The notes under the pieces are model-generated. The model ran no database searches, was not told where the DNA came from, and saw only the letters and a list, made by a program, of their open reading frames with translations. The translations under genes and the position numbers were made by a program. From Burkholderiales bacterium (GTDB lineage: Bacteria > Pseudomonadota > Gammaproteobacteria > Burkholderiales > Burkholderiaceae_C), in the NCBI GenBank assembly GCA_025351025.1, contig JANXWR010000026.1, positions 1 to 42,676 of the forward strand: a stretch of DNA of 42,676 nucleotides. The letters are read 5' to 3'. Below, piece by piece: positions 1 to 10,272 of this stretch (position 1 is its first letter; every line of letters begins with the position of its first letter).

Positions 1-854
<854 letters not shown>

Positions 855-988
855 TCACGCGCTCTCCGAGGGTCGACCCTGCTTCGATTCGCGCACGAGA
901 AACCGCGTCGCCGTGTCGGCCTGGCGTCAACGCGCATCGCCTGGCCCGCGTTGGACAGCGAAACAGCCCTGTCCCGTTCCGACCCGAA

Positions 989-1183
989 ATGACCACTTCC
1001 ACGCTCCGCTTCAGTGGCCCTCCACACGAGGCACGCGTTCAGCTCGTTCAGTTGCTTAGAAAATTTCCGCAGGTGTCGTTTCGCGAGTGCGCGACCACCG
1101 AGTATGAGGTCACGGCTTCCGACGAGTCCACGCTGAAAGCGCTGAGCAGCGTTCCCGGCTGGAGCCTGACCGGCCCGCGCTGA
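989..1183 (+). CDS. putative small hypothetical protein (64 aa, MTTSTLRFSG...GWSLTGPR)
   Basis: 3' part of track ORF 632..1183. Protein-like composition in an otherwise empty gap, but no clear RBS. Confidence 0.35.
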   Translation: MTTSTLRFSGPPHEARVQLVQLLRKFPQVSFRECATTEYEVTASDESTLKALSSVPGWSLTGPR

Positions 1184-1275
1184 GGGAACCTCTGCGGGCC
1201 GGTCTCGCGCCGGCACCTGCAGCCAACACCGACGAACCGCCGCTGCCGGCGCCGAATACCTGAAGTGAAGCGAAC

Positions 1276-2271
1276 CTAGCGCCCTTCGAGCGGGTACTGG
1301 GGATCGTTGTAGCGGGGCGTCGACGGATGGCCAGGCGTCACCAGGCTGTCGACGAGCGCTTCGTCGTCGGCGTCGATGACGCAGTCGAGCGCGCCGAAAT
1401 AGTCCTGCCATTGCGCCAGCGTGCGCGGGCCGGCGATGACGGCGCTGACCGGCTTGGCGGCAAGCACCCAGGCGGTGGCGAAGTGGGCGAGCGAGACGCC
1501 CTTCTTCGCGCAGTGCGCCTTCAGCGTCTCGGCAATGCGCAGCGACTCTTCGCGAAACTCGGTTTCCATCATCCGCTTGTCGCCGCGGCCGGCACGCGAG
1601 TCCTGCGCCGGCTTGCTGCCGGCCGCGTACTTGCCGGCGAGCACACCGCGCGCGATCGGGCTGTACGGCACGACGCCGATGCCGTGATGCGCGCAAGCGG
1701 CCAGCACCTCGACTTCGGGCTGGCGGTTGAGCAGGTTGTAGTAGGGCTGGCAGACGACCGGCGCCGGCATGCCGAGCGCGCGCGCGACATGCGCGGCCTC
1801 GGCGATGCGCCAGCCGCGGAAGTTCGAGACGCCCCAAGAGCGGATCTTGCCGGCGCCGAGCAGCGCGTCGACGGCGCGCAGCGGCTCTTCGAGGTCCATG
1901 CCGTTGAAGTCGCGATGCAGGTAGTAGACGTCGATGTGATCGATCGCGAGCCGGCGCAGGCTCGCCTCGCACTCGCGCAGCACCCAGGCGCGTGAGTAGC
2001 GCGACTCGTTCGGCCGGCTCGACATCGGGTTGCCGACCTTGGTGGCGACGATCCAGTCGTGGCGGTGCTCGCCGATCGCCTCGCCGACCATCTGCTCCGA
2101 CTTGCCGGTCGAATAGACGTCGGCGGTGTCGATGAAGTTGACGCCGTGCTCATGGGCATGCGCGACTATGCGGCGCGCCTCGGCGAGGTCGGTCTGGTCG
2201 GCGAACATCATCGTGCCCAGGCACAGCGCGGACACTTGCAGCGGGCTCTCGCCGAGGTTTCGATATTGCAT
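1276..2271 (-). CDS. aldo/keto reductase
   Basis: MQYRNLGESPLQVSALCLGTMMF, DTADVY, IVATK, SLRRL..DHIDVYYLH, WGVSN, YSPIARGVL are AKR motifs. ATG 2271 follows a GAAGGA RBS. Confidence 0.93.
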   Translation of the reverse strand: MQYRNLGESPLQVSALCLGTMMFADQTDLAEARRIVAHAHEHGVNFIDTADVYSTGKSEQMVGEAIGEHRHDWIVATKVGNPMSSRPNESRYSRAWVLRECEASLRRLAIDHIDVYYLHRDFNGMDLEEPLRAVDALLGAGKIRSWGVSNFRGWRIAEAAHVARALGMPAPVVCQPYYNLLNRQPEVEVLAACAHHGIGVVPYSPIARGVLAGKYAAGSKPAQDSRAGRGDKRMMETEFREESLRIAETLKAHCAKKGVSLAHFATAWVLAAKPVSAVIAGPRTLAQWQDYFGALDCVIDADDEALVDSLVTPGHPSTPRYNDPQYPLEGR

Positions 2272-2354
2272 GTCGTGTCCTTCGCGATGCGCGGGTCCAA
2301 CGCCGATGGGCCGCCATGCTAGCCGCGATATGATGAATCGCACGCTCGAAGGAC

Positions 2355-3764
2355 ATGATGGATCTGGCCGCCCTGACGATCAGCGATGCCGCGACCGCAC
2401 TGCGCCGCGGCGAGTTCAGCGCCGAGGCCTATGCCGAGGCGTTGCTCGCCAAGGCGTCGGCGGGCGCCGCGCTCAACGCCTTCATCCATCACGATCCGGC
2501 CCAGGTGCACGCCGATGCGTGTGCCGCCGACGCGGCGCGCGATCGCTCGGCACCGCTCGGCGCGCTGCACGGCATTCCGCTCGCGCTCAAGGACAACCTC
2601 GACACCGCGGCGATGCCGACCACCGGCGGCACGCCAGGGCTGCGCGGCCATCGTCCGGCGAGGAATGGCGTGGTCGTGCAGAAGCTGCTCGACGCCGGCG
2701 CGATCGTCTTCGGCAAGACCAATCTGCACGAGCTGGCCTACGGCATCACCAACAACAACGCTGCCTTCGGCGCCGCGCGCAATCCTTATGACCCGACGCG
2801 CATTCCCGGCGCCTCGAGCGGTGGCGTCGGCGTGGCGGTGGCGGCGCGGATGGCACCCGGCGGCATCGGCTCCGACACCGGCGGCTCGGTGCGCATCCCG
2901 GCGGCACTCTGCGGCATCGTCGGCTTCCGGCCGACCACGGGCCGCTGGTCGCAGGCCGGCATCGTGCCGATCTCGCACACGCGCGACACGGCAGGCCCGA
3001 TGACGCGCAGCGTTGCCGATTGCGTGCTGCTCGACGCCGTCGTCACCGGCAGCCACGCCGCCGCTGCATTGACCTTGAAAGGCCTGCGCCTGGGCGTGCC
3101 GCGTGCGCATTTCTGGGCACCGCTCGACGCCGAGGTCGCGCGTCTGATGGAAGGCGTGCTCGCGGCGCTGAAGGAAGCCGGTGCGGTGCTGGTCGAGGCC
3201 GACATTCCCGACGCCGGCCGGCTCGACGCCGAGGCCGGCTTTCCGATCGCCCTTTACGAGACCGTCGTCGATCTCGACGCCTACCTCGCCGGCCACGGCT
3301 CGGCGATGAAGTACGCGCAGCTGGTGGCGCAGTGCGCCAGCCCTGACGTCGCCGGCCTGCTGCAGAGCCTGCACGGCGAGGGCGCCATTCCCGAAGCCGC
3401 GTATCGTCACGCGTTGACCGTGCTGCGCCCGCAACTGCAAGCGGCCTATCGCGATCACTTCAAGCAGCAAGGCATCGCCGCGCTCGTCTTTCCGACGACG
3501 CCGCTCGCCGCCGCACCGATCGGCGACGACGAGACGGTCGACATGAACGGCGAGCGCGTGCCGACTTTTCCGACCTTCATCCGCAACTCGAGCCCGGGCA
3601 GCGTCGCCGGCATTCCCGGCATCAGCCTGCCGGCGGCGATGACATTGAGCGGCTTGCCGCTCGGCCTCGAGCTCGACGGGCCTGAGGGCAGCGACGCGAG
3701 CTTGCTGGCGATCGCCCGGGCGGTCGAGGCCATGCTGCCGAAGATGCCGGCGCCGCGAGCCTGA
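2355..3764 (+). CDS. amidase-signature enzyme, indoleacetamide hydrolase / mandelamide hydrolase-like
   Basis: LKDN (catalytic Lys), GKTNLHELAYGITNNN, PGASSGG, GSDTGGSVRIPAALCG, SHTRDTAG. Start is ATG 2355 or 2358. Confidence 0.88.
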   Translation: MMDLAALTISDAATALRRGEFSAEAYAEALLAKASAGAALNAFIHHDPAQVHADACAADAARDRSAPLGALHGIPLALKDNLDTAAMPTTGGTPGLRGHRPARNGVVVQKLLDAGAIVFGKTNLHELAYGITNNNAAFGAARNPYDPTRIPGASSGGVGVAVAARMAPGGIGSDTGGSVRIPAALCGIVGFRPTTGRWSQAGIVPISHTRDTAGPMTRSVADCVLLDAVVTGSHAAAALTLKGLRLGVPRAHFWAPLDAEVARLMEGVLAALKEAGAVLVEADIPDAGRLDAEAGFPIALYETVVDLDAYLAGHGSAMKYAQLVAQCASPDVAGLLQSLHGEGAIPEAAYRHALTVLRPQLQAAYRDHFKQQGIAALVFPTTPLAAAPIGDDETVDMNGERVPTFPTFIRNSSPGSVAGIPGISLPAAMTLSGLPLGLELDGPEGSDASLLAIARAVEAMLPKMPAPRA

Positions 3765-3802
3765 GAAGAGACTTCAACCAGAACAACCCGGAGGACCGAA
3801 CC

Positions 3803-4990
3803 ATGAGCCAAGAATTCCTTCCCGCGCGCCGCCGCATCCTGACCGCCGCCGCCAGCAGCGCGGCGCTCGGCGCCTCGGCCGGCTACATCGGCAGCGCCTT
3901 CGCCCAGCCGAAGGACTTCAAGATCGGTTTCTTCATCGCCCTGAGCGGCCCGGCCTCGCTGTTCGGCCCGACCCAGCGCGCCTGCGCCGACCTCGCCGCC
4001 GAGAAGATCAACAAGGCCGGCGGCATCATGGGCCGGCCGGTCAGGCTGATCTTCACCGACGCCGGCGGCCCGCCGGCCGAGACCGCGAAGTCGGCGGTGC
4101 GCCTGATGCTCGAAGACAAGGTCGATCTTTTCATCGGCTCGCACGACAGCGCCACGCGCGAGGCCAACATCGCGACGATCAAGGGCAAGACGCCCTACAT
4201 CTATTCGCCGGTCTACGAAGGCGGCGAATGCTCGCCCAACGTCTACTGCCTGGGCGAGACGCCGCCGCAGCAGGCGCAGCCGGGGGTCGAGTTCCTGGCC
4301 AAGGAGAAGAACGCCAAGACCTTCTTCCTGATCGGCGACGACTATGTCTGGCCGCACAAGTCGAACGAGCAGATCAAGAAATACGTGGCGCAGTACGGCG
4401 CCAAGGTCGTCGGCGAGGAGTACGTGCCTTTCGGCGCACCGAACAAGTTCGAGGAGGCGGTGACGCGCATCAAGGGCATCAAGCCCGACGCGGTGATCGC
4501 CACGCTGGTCGGTGCCGACAACGTCAACTTCAACCGCACCTTCGCCGGCTTCGGCCTCGACAAGACGATCGCGCGCCTGTCGATGCTGCTCGAGGAGAAC
4601 ACGCTGATGGGCGTCGGCGCCGAGAACAGCGCCAACCTCTATTCGTGCATGGGCTTCTATGCGAACAGCCCGTCCGAGGTGACGAAGGCCTTCAAGGCCG
4701 AGTACATGGCCAAGTACGGCGCCAAGGCGCCGCAGCTCGCGACCATCGGCGCCGACTGCTACTCGGCGCTCAACCTCGCCAAGGCGATGTTCGACAAGGC
4801 CGGCTCGAGCGACGTGAAGAAGCTCACCGCCGCCTCCGAAGGCCTGACGTTCGACACCGCTTCGGCGCGCGTCACGATGCACGGCCGCCAGGTCGACAAG
4901 GACATGTACCTGGCGAGCTGCAAGGGCACCGAGTTCGAGGTCTTCAAGACCATCAAGGCCGTGAAGAGCGGCACCGCCTGCCGGGCCTGA
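3803..4990 (+). CDS. ABC transporter substrate-binding protein, UrtA/FmdD/AmiC (urea/short amide) type, Tat-like signal
   Basis: ARRRIL followed by a hydrophobic stretch and AFA cleavage site. INKAGGIMGRPV, YEGGECSPN, IGDDYVWP. GGAGG RBS. Confidence 0.88.
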   Translation: MSQEFLPARRRILTAAASSAALGASAGYIGSAFAQPKDFKIGFFIALSGPASLFGPTQRACADLAAEKINKAGGIMGRPVRLIFTDAGGPPAETAKSAVRLMLEDKVDLFIGSHDSATREANIATIKGKTPYIYSPVYEGGECSPNVYCLGETPPQQAQPGVEFLAKEKNAKTFFLIGDDYVWPHKSNEQIKKYVAQYGAKVVGEEYVPFGAPNKFEEAVTRIKGIKPDAVIATLVGADNVNFNRTFAGFGLDKTIARLSMLLEENTLMGVGAENSANLYSCMGFYANSPSEVTKAFKAEYMAKYGAKAPQLATIGADCYSALNLAKAMFDKAGSSDVKKLTAASEGLTFDTASARVTMHGRQVDKDMYLASCKGTEFEVFKTIKAVKSGTACRA

Positions 4991-4996
4991 ACCGGT

Positions 4997-5033
4997 GCGG
5001 CGCAGCGCGTCGGTAGCGATCGCGCTGCGCCGC
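4997..5033 (+). other. GC-rich stem-loop after SBP gene (13-bp perfect stem), probably mRNA stabiliser/attenuator
   Basis: GCGGCGCAGCGCG (4997-5009) and CGCGCTGCGCCGC (5021-5033) are exact reverse complements. No U-tract. Confidence 0.6.
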
Positions 5034-5061
5034 TGAGCGGCCGGCCGCGTTTCGCCCGCGC

Positions 5062-5910
5062 ATGGAGGTCTTCGTCGCGCAGGCGCAGAACGCGCTGTTC
5101 GGCATCTCGACGCTGGCCATCGTCGCGCTCGGCCTGGCGGTGGTGCTCGGCCTGCTCGGTGTGCTCAACCTGGCGCACGGCGAGCTGGTCATGATCGGCG
5201 CCTATTGCGCCTACGTGGCGCAGATCAATGGCTGGCCGTACCTGGCCGCGGTGCCGCTGGCGATCGGCGTCTGCGGCGTGCTCGGCTATGCGGTCGAGCG
5301 CTGGCTGGTGCGGCCGCTTTATCAACGGCCGTTCGACACCCTGGTCGTCACCTGGGGCCTCAGCCTTTTGTTGCGCAAATGCGCCGAAGCGATGTTCGGC
5401 CTCGGCTACAAGAGCCTGAACGAGCCGATCGGCGGCACAGTCGTGCTGCTCGGCGCGACCTATCCGCGCTACCGCCTGGTGCTGATCGCGGTGAGCGTGC
5501 TCGTGCTCGGTGGCCTCGTCCTCTGGTATGCGAAGAGCCGCACCGGCACGCGCATCAAGGCGATGGTCGGCAACCCGGACCTGGCGCGCGCGCTCGGCAT
5601 CCCGGTGACGCGCTACGCCTCGGCGACCTTCGTCGTCGGCACCTGCCTCGCGGGACTCGCTGGCGTGCTAATCGCGCCGCTGGTGCCGGTGCAGCCCTTC
5701 ATGGGGCTCGACCACATCCTGATGTCGTTCTTCGTGCTCGTCGTCGGCGGCCTCGGCAGCGTCGGCGGTCTGCTCACCGGATCGACGGTGATCGGCGGCG
5801 CGAACAGCGTCGTCTCTGCCCTCAGCGACAGCACCGGCGGCTACTTCTCGGTGCTGGCCCTGGCGATCCTCTTCCTGTGGCTGAAGCCGCGCGGCATCCA
5901 TGCGCGCTGA
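5062..5910 (+). CDS. ABC permease, LivH/UrtB type
   Basis: ALGLAVVLGLLGVLNLAHGELVMIGAY, TWGLSL, LAGLAG, FFVLVVGGLGS. Multi-TM. Confidence 0.92.
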   Translation: MEVFVAQAQNALFGISTLAIVALGLAVVLGLLGVLNLAHGELVMIGAYCAYVAQINGWPYLAAVPLAIGVCGVLGYAVERWLVRPLYQRPFDTLVVTWGLSLLLRKCAEAMFGLGYKSLNEPIGGTVVLLGATYPRYRLVLIAVSVLVLGGLVLWYAKSRTGTRIKAMVGNPDLARALGIPVTRYASATFVVGTCLAGLAGVLIAPLVPVQPFMGLDHILMSFFVLVVGGLGSVGGLLTGSTVIGGANSVVSALSDSTGGYFSVLALAILFLWLKPRGIHAR

Positions 5911-7657
5911 TCGGCCCGCACGCGGTATTCCGATGCCGGCGCGCGTCGGCATCGCGATCGCGGCGCTGCTACTCCTGCCGTTCGCGGTCGGCGAGTTCTG
6001 GGCTTACCAGCTCGGCCTGCTCTACCTCTACGCCATCGCTGCGCTCGGCCTCGGCCTGTGCTGGGGCCGGGCCGGCTTTCTGCCGCTTGGCCAGGGACTC
6101 TTCTTCGGTCTGGCGGCCTATCTCTCCGGCCTGGCGCTGATCGCCTTAGAGCAGAGCGCGTGGCTCTTGCTCCTGCTGCCGCTCGCGGCCTGCGCCTCGG
6201 GCCTGCTCGCCTTCCTCATCGGCACCCTGGTGTTCCGCCGCCGCGGCGAGAGCGGACCGTACTTCTCGATGATCACGCTGGCGCTCTCGCTGCTCGCCTA
6301 TCAGGTGGCGAACAACTGGGAGTCGGTGACCGGCGGGTTCAACGGCCTGAAGGGCATTCCCGGCCTGCCCGGCCTCGACAGCTACACCGCCGCCTACTAC
6401 GTCGCCGCGACGGCGCTGATCGCGTCGACGCTGGCCATCGGCTGGCTCTACCGCGCGCCGCTCGGCGTGCTCTGGGCGGCGCTGGCGCACAACGAGCGGC
6501 GCGTCGCCATGTTCGGCTTCGACACCAACCGGCTGAAGGCGTTGGCCTTCGGCGTGAGCGGCCTGCTCGCCGGCGTCGGCGGCGCGCTCTATGCGCCGCA
6601 GCAGGGGCTGGTCACGCCGCAACTCTGCGGCTTCGCGTTGTCGGCCGACCTCGTCATCTGGGCCGCGGTCGGCGGCCGCGGCCGGCTGCTCGGGCCGGTG
6701 CTCGGCGCGATCGCGATCGGCGCGTTGACGAGCGGCCTGCGCGACCGCTTTCAGTTCTGGGAGATCGGCATCGCCATCGTCTTCATCCTCGTCGTCCTGC
6801 TGTTCCCGCAGGGCCTGGTCGGCGTGTTCGCGCCGCTCGAGCGCTGGTGGAGCCGGGGCGCGCGCCGCGCGGCGCCGGTGACGGCGACCGAGCGAGTCGC
6901 CACGACCGGCGACACGCGCCTCGAGATCGATGCCATCGACGTGCAGCTCGGCGAGGTGCGGATCCTCGACCGTCTCTCGCTCCGCTTCGACAAGCCTGGC
7001 ATCTATTGCGTGATCGGGCCGAACGGCGCCGGCAAGACCTCGACTTTCAACATGCTGACCGGCGAGCTGCCGGCGCAGGCCGGGCGGGTCAGCTTCGACG
7101 GCCAAGCCATCGGCCGGCTGCAGACACACCGCATCGTCCGCCTCGGCATCGGCCGCAAGTTCCAGATTCCGTCGGTGTTCGCGCCGCTGCCGATTGCCGA
7201 CAACGTCGCCATCGCGCTCTGGAGCGGGCGCGCCCGCGCGTTCGAGCTGCTGCGGCCGCGTCTGCGCCGCTGGACCAGTCCGGTGCTCGAAGCTCTGCAG
7301 GCGCGCTACCGGTTTCTCGCCGACGCCGGGCGCACCGCGTCCGAGCTCTCGCACGGCGAGCGGCAGATCCTCGAGCTGGCGATGGCGCTGCTCGGCGAGC
7401 CGCGCCTGTTGCTGCTCGACGAGCCCTGCGCCGGCCTCTCGCCGCAGGAAACGGCGGCGGCCATCGACGTCATCCGCTGGGCCAGCGAGCGGCGCGGCGC
7501 CACCATCGTCGTCATCGAGCACGACATGAGCCTGGTGCGCAAGCTCGCCGACCATGTCTTCGTGCTGCACAACGGCAGCCTGATCGCTGAGGGCAGCGTC
7601 GCCGAGGTCCAGGCCAACACGGCGGTGCAGGCGGTCTACGTCGGGGCCGAGAAGTGA
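5900..7657 (+). CDS. fused ABC permease + ATPase (LivM-LivG / UrtC-UrtD)
   Basis: N-half: WGRAGFLPLGQGLFFG, YFSMITLA, TGGFNG. C-half: Walker A GPNGAGKT, LSHGERQ, LLLLDEP, IEHDM. Confidence 0.92.
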   Translation: MRADRPARGIPMPARVGIAIAALLLLPFAVGEFWAYQLGLLYLYAIAALGLGLCWGRAGFLPLGQGLFFGLAAYLSGLALIALEQSAWLLLLLPLAACASGLLAFLIGTLVFRRRGESGPYFSMITLALSLLAYQVANNWESVTGGFNGLKGIPGLPGLDSYTAAYYVAATALIASTLAIGWLYRAPLGVLWAALAHNERRVAMFGFDTNRLKALAFGVSGLLAGVGGALYAPQQGLVTPQLCGFALSADLVIWAAVGGRGRLLGPVLGAIAIGALTSGLRDRFQFWEIGIAIVFILVVLLFPQGLVGVFAPLERWWSRGARRAAPVTATERVATTGDTRLEIDAIDVQLGEVRILDRLSLRFDKPGIYCVIGPNGAGKTSTFNMLTGELPAQAGRVSFDGQAIGRLQTHRIVRLGIGRKFQIPSVFAPLPIADNVAIALWSGRARAFELLRPRLRRWTSPVLEALQARYRFLADAGRTASELSHGERQILELAMALLGEPRLLLLDEPCAGLSPQETAAAIDVIRWASERRGATIVVIEHDMSLVRKLADHVFVLHNGSLIAEGSVAEVQANTAVQAVYVGAEK

Positions 7658-8349
7658 GCGCGGCGCGGCTCGAGTTCGAAGGGCTGGTCGGCGGCTACGG
7701 CGACGTCGTCGTCGTGCGCGGCGCCTCAGGCGCGGTCGCCGCCGGCGAGGTGCTGTGCGTTATCGGCCGCAACGGTGTCGGCAAGAGCACGCTGCTGAAG
7801 ATGCTGTTCGGCCAGCTGCCTTGCCGCGAGGGCAGCGTCCGCCTCGAAGGCCGCGCCATCGACGGCGTCGAGGCGTCGGCGCGGCGTGCGCTCGGCATCA
7901 GCTACTGCCCGCAGGAGCGACCGGTGTTCGACGACCTGAGCGTGCGCGACAACCTGACCCTGATGCGCGCCGACCGCGGCCTCAGGGCTTTCGCGCCGCT
8001 GTTCGCACGCTTCCCGATCCTCGAGCGGCGCCTCGAGCAGCACGCCGGCACGCTCTCGGGCGGCGAGAAGAAGATCCTGTCGTTCGCGCGCGGCCTGGCC
8101 GAGGCGCAGCCGCTGCTGCTGCTCGACGAACCGAGCGAGGGCGTGCAGTGGGAAAACATCGTGCATATGGCGGCGCTGATCGAGGCCGCGAAGGGCGCGG
8201 GCACGGCGCTCGTCGTCGTCGAGCAGAACCTGGCCTTCGCCGAGCTGATCGCCGACCGCTATCTGGTCATGGAGCAGGGTCGGGTCGCCCTCGAAGGGCG
8301 CCGCGACGAGATCGATCGCGAGCGACTGCTCGCGCACCTGCACGTCTAG
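7654..8349 (+). CDS. ABC ATPase, LivF/UrtE type
   Basis: [32 protein letters not shown] overlap with the upstream stop. Confidence 0.92.
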   Translation: MSAARLEFEGLVGGYGDVVVVRGASGAVAAGEVLCVIGRNGVGKSTLLKMLFGQLPCREGSVRLEGRAIDGVEASARRALGISYCPQERPVFDDLSVRDNLTLMRADRGLRAFAPLFARFPILERRLEQHAGTLSGGEKKILSFARGLAEAQPLLLLDEPSEGVQWENIVHMAALIEAAKGAGTALVVVEQNLAFAELIADRYLVMEQGRVALEGRRDEIDRERLLAHLHV

Positions 8350-8370
8350 CGAGGCGGGCGGCCCGCGCCG

Positions 8371-10272
8371 CTACATCATGTGCAGCATTCGCGGCACGAT
8401 CAGGCTGAACCAAGGCACGAAGGCGATCAAGAGGAGCCCGATCACCAGCACGATGAGATAGGGCAGCATGTGCCGGGTCGCGTTTTCCATCGTCGTGTGG
8501 GCGATCGAGCAGGTGACGAACATGCCGACGCCGATCGGCGGCGAGAAGGCGCCCAGGCCCATGGCGATGATGAGGACGATGCCGTACTGCACCGCGTCGA
8601 TGCCGAAGGTCGCGGCCATCGGCAGCAGCAGCGGGCCGAAGATGAGCAGCGCGGGCAGGCCTTCGAGCAGCGCGCCCATCAGCACCAGCGTGACGACGGT
8701 GGCGATCATGAAGAGCGTCGCCGAGCCGTGCAGCACCGTGAAGAGCGCCGCGATCTGCTGCGGGATCTTGGCCAGCGTCAGCGACCACGACAGCGTGCTC
8801 GCCGTGCTGGTGATGAAGAGCACCATGCCGGCCTGGGCCGCGGTGTTGGCCATGACGCGCCAGAGCTGCTTCGCCTTCAGCGAGCGGTAGAGTACGACCG
8901 AGAGCACCAGCGCGTAGATCACTGCCGTCGACGAGACCTCGGTCGGCGTGGCAATGCCGCTGACGATGCCGCCGATCAGGATCAGTGGCGCCACCAGCGC
9001 CGGGATGGCGGCGACGCCGGCGCGCGCGATCTCGCGCGGCGTATGCGCCGAGGTCGTGCCGACACGTCCGCGCGAGCGGAAGTAGATCAGCACCATCAGG
9101 CACACGGCCATCAGCGCCGCCGGCAACAGCCCCGCCGCGAACAGCGTGCCGATCGAGAGCGATGTCACCGAGGCCAGCACCAGCATGGCGATGCTCGGCG
9201 GCACCGTCTCGCCCATGATCGCGCCCGAGGCCAGTAGGGCCGCGGTCTCGCCCGGGTCGTAGCCTTCCTTCTTCATCACGCCCTTCATCGTCGTGCCGAC
9301 TGCCGCGACGTCGGCGACCTTCGAGCCCGAGATGCCGGACATGATGTACATGCAGAGCACGATCACCTGCAGCATGCCGCCGCGAAAGCGGCCGACGATG
9401 GTGATCACGAAATGCGTCAGGCGCCGGCTCAGGCCGCCCTCCGTCATGACGTAGCCGGCGAGGATGAAGAACGGGATCGAGAGCATGACGAAGCTGCTGA
9501 TGCCGTTCTGCAGGTTGATCGGCACGACCGAGAGCGGCACGAGCTTCGAGGTGTAGAGAAAGAGCAGCGTCACCATGAGCAGGGCGAAGCCGATCGGCAC
9601 GCCGAGCACGAGCTGCAAGGCGAAGACAGCGAAGGCGACCGCGAGCGCGTAGCTGCGGCCTTCGGCGCCCAGCGTCGCCGCGACCGCGAAGGTCAGCGCA
9701 ACCAGCATCGCGACGGCGATGCCCGCGCCGACGGCCTGTCGCCGGGGCAGCAACAACACGCGTTTGACGGCGAAGTAAGCGAGCAAGGCCATGCCCAGCA
9801 GCATCGGCAAGGCGAACCAGATCGCGCTGAGGCCGAGGTACACCGTGTGCTCGTCCCAGCGCGACAGCATCATCTGCCAGGCCAGCCAGCAGCCGATCGC
9901 CGCCATCACGAACACCTGCCAGTGGCAAAGCGCCTCGATGCTGCCGTGCCAGCGCGCCGGCAGCCGCTGCACGACCGCATGCAGCGCCATGTGCTCGTTG
10001 CGCGGGTAGGCGATGGCGCCGCCCAGAAAGGTCATCATGACCAGCGCCAGCTCGCCGATCTCGAGGCTCCAGAGCAGCGAGGTGTCGAACAGCGAGCGGG
10101 CGATGACGTTGCCGAACATCGCGACGAGCTCGACCACCAGCGCGGCGACGACGGCGACCTCGGCCGCCTGCTCGATGCGGTCGCTGCCGTGCGCGCGCCG
10201 GGCGGCGCGGTCGTCGCTTTCGTCGCCGGCCTCGCTTTCGTCGCACCGATCCGCGGCGACAGCCGTCGTCAC
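8371..10272 (-). CDS. TRAP transporter fused small+large permease (DctQ-DctM)
   Basis: N-terminal DctQ-like part (WSLEIG..TFLGGA..HM). C-terminal DctM motifs SIPFFILAG, SGISGSKVADVAA, VPPSI, ATPTE, SPPIG. Confidence 0.92.
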   Translation of the reverse strand: MTTAVAADRCDESEAGDESDDRAARRAHGSDRIEQAAEVAVVAALVVELVAMFGNVIARSLFDTSLLWSLEIGELALVMMTFLGGAIAYPRNEHMALHAVVQRLPARWHGSIEALCHWQVFVMAAIGCWLAWQMMLSRWDEHTVYLGLSAIWFALPMLLGMALLAYFAVKRVLLLPRRQAVGAGIAVAMLVALTFAVAATLGAEGRSYALAVAFAVFALQLVLGVPIGFALLMVTLLFLYTSKLVPLSVVPINLQNGISSFVMLSIPFFILAGYVMTEGGLSRRLTHFVITIVGRFRGGMLQVIVLCMYIMSGISGSKVADVAAVGTTMKGVMKKEGYDPGETAALLASGAIMGETVPPSIAMLVLASVTSLSIGTLFAAGLLPAALMAVCLMVLIYFRSRGRVGTTSAHTPREIARAGVAAIPALVAPLILIGGIVSGIATPTEVSSTAVIYALVLSVVLYRSLKAKQLWRVMANTAAQAGMVLFITSTASTLSWSLTLAKIPQQIAALFTVLHGSATLFMIATVVTLVLMGALLEGLPALLIFGPLLLPMAATFGIDAVQYGIVLIIAMGLGAFSPPIGVGMFVTCSIAHTTMENATRHMLPYLIVLVIGLLLIAFVPWFSLIVPRMLHMM

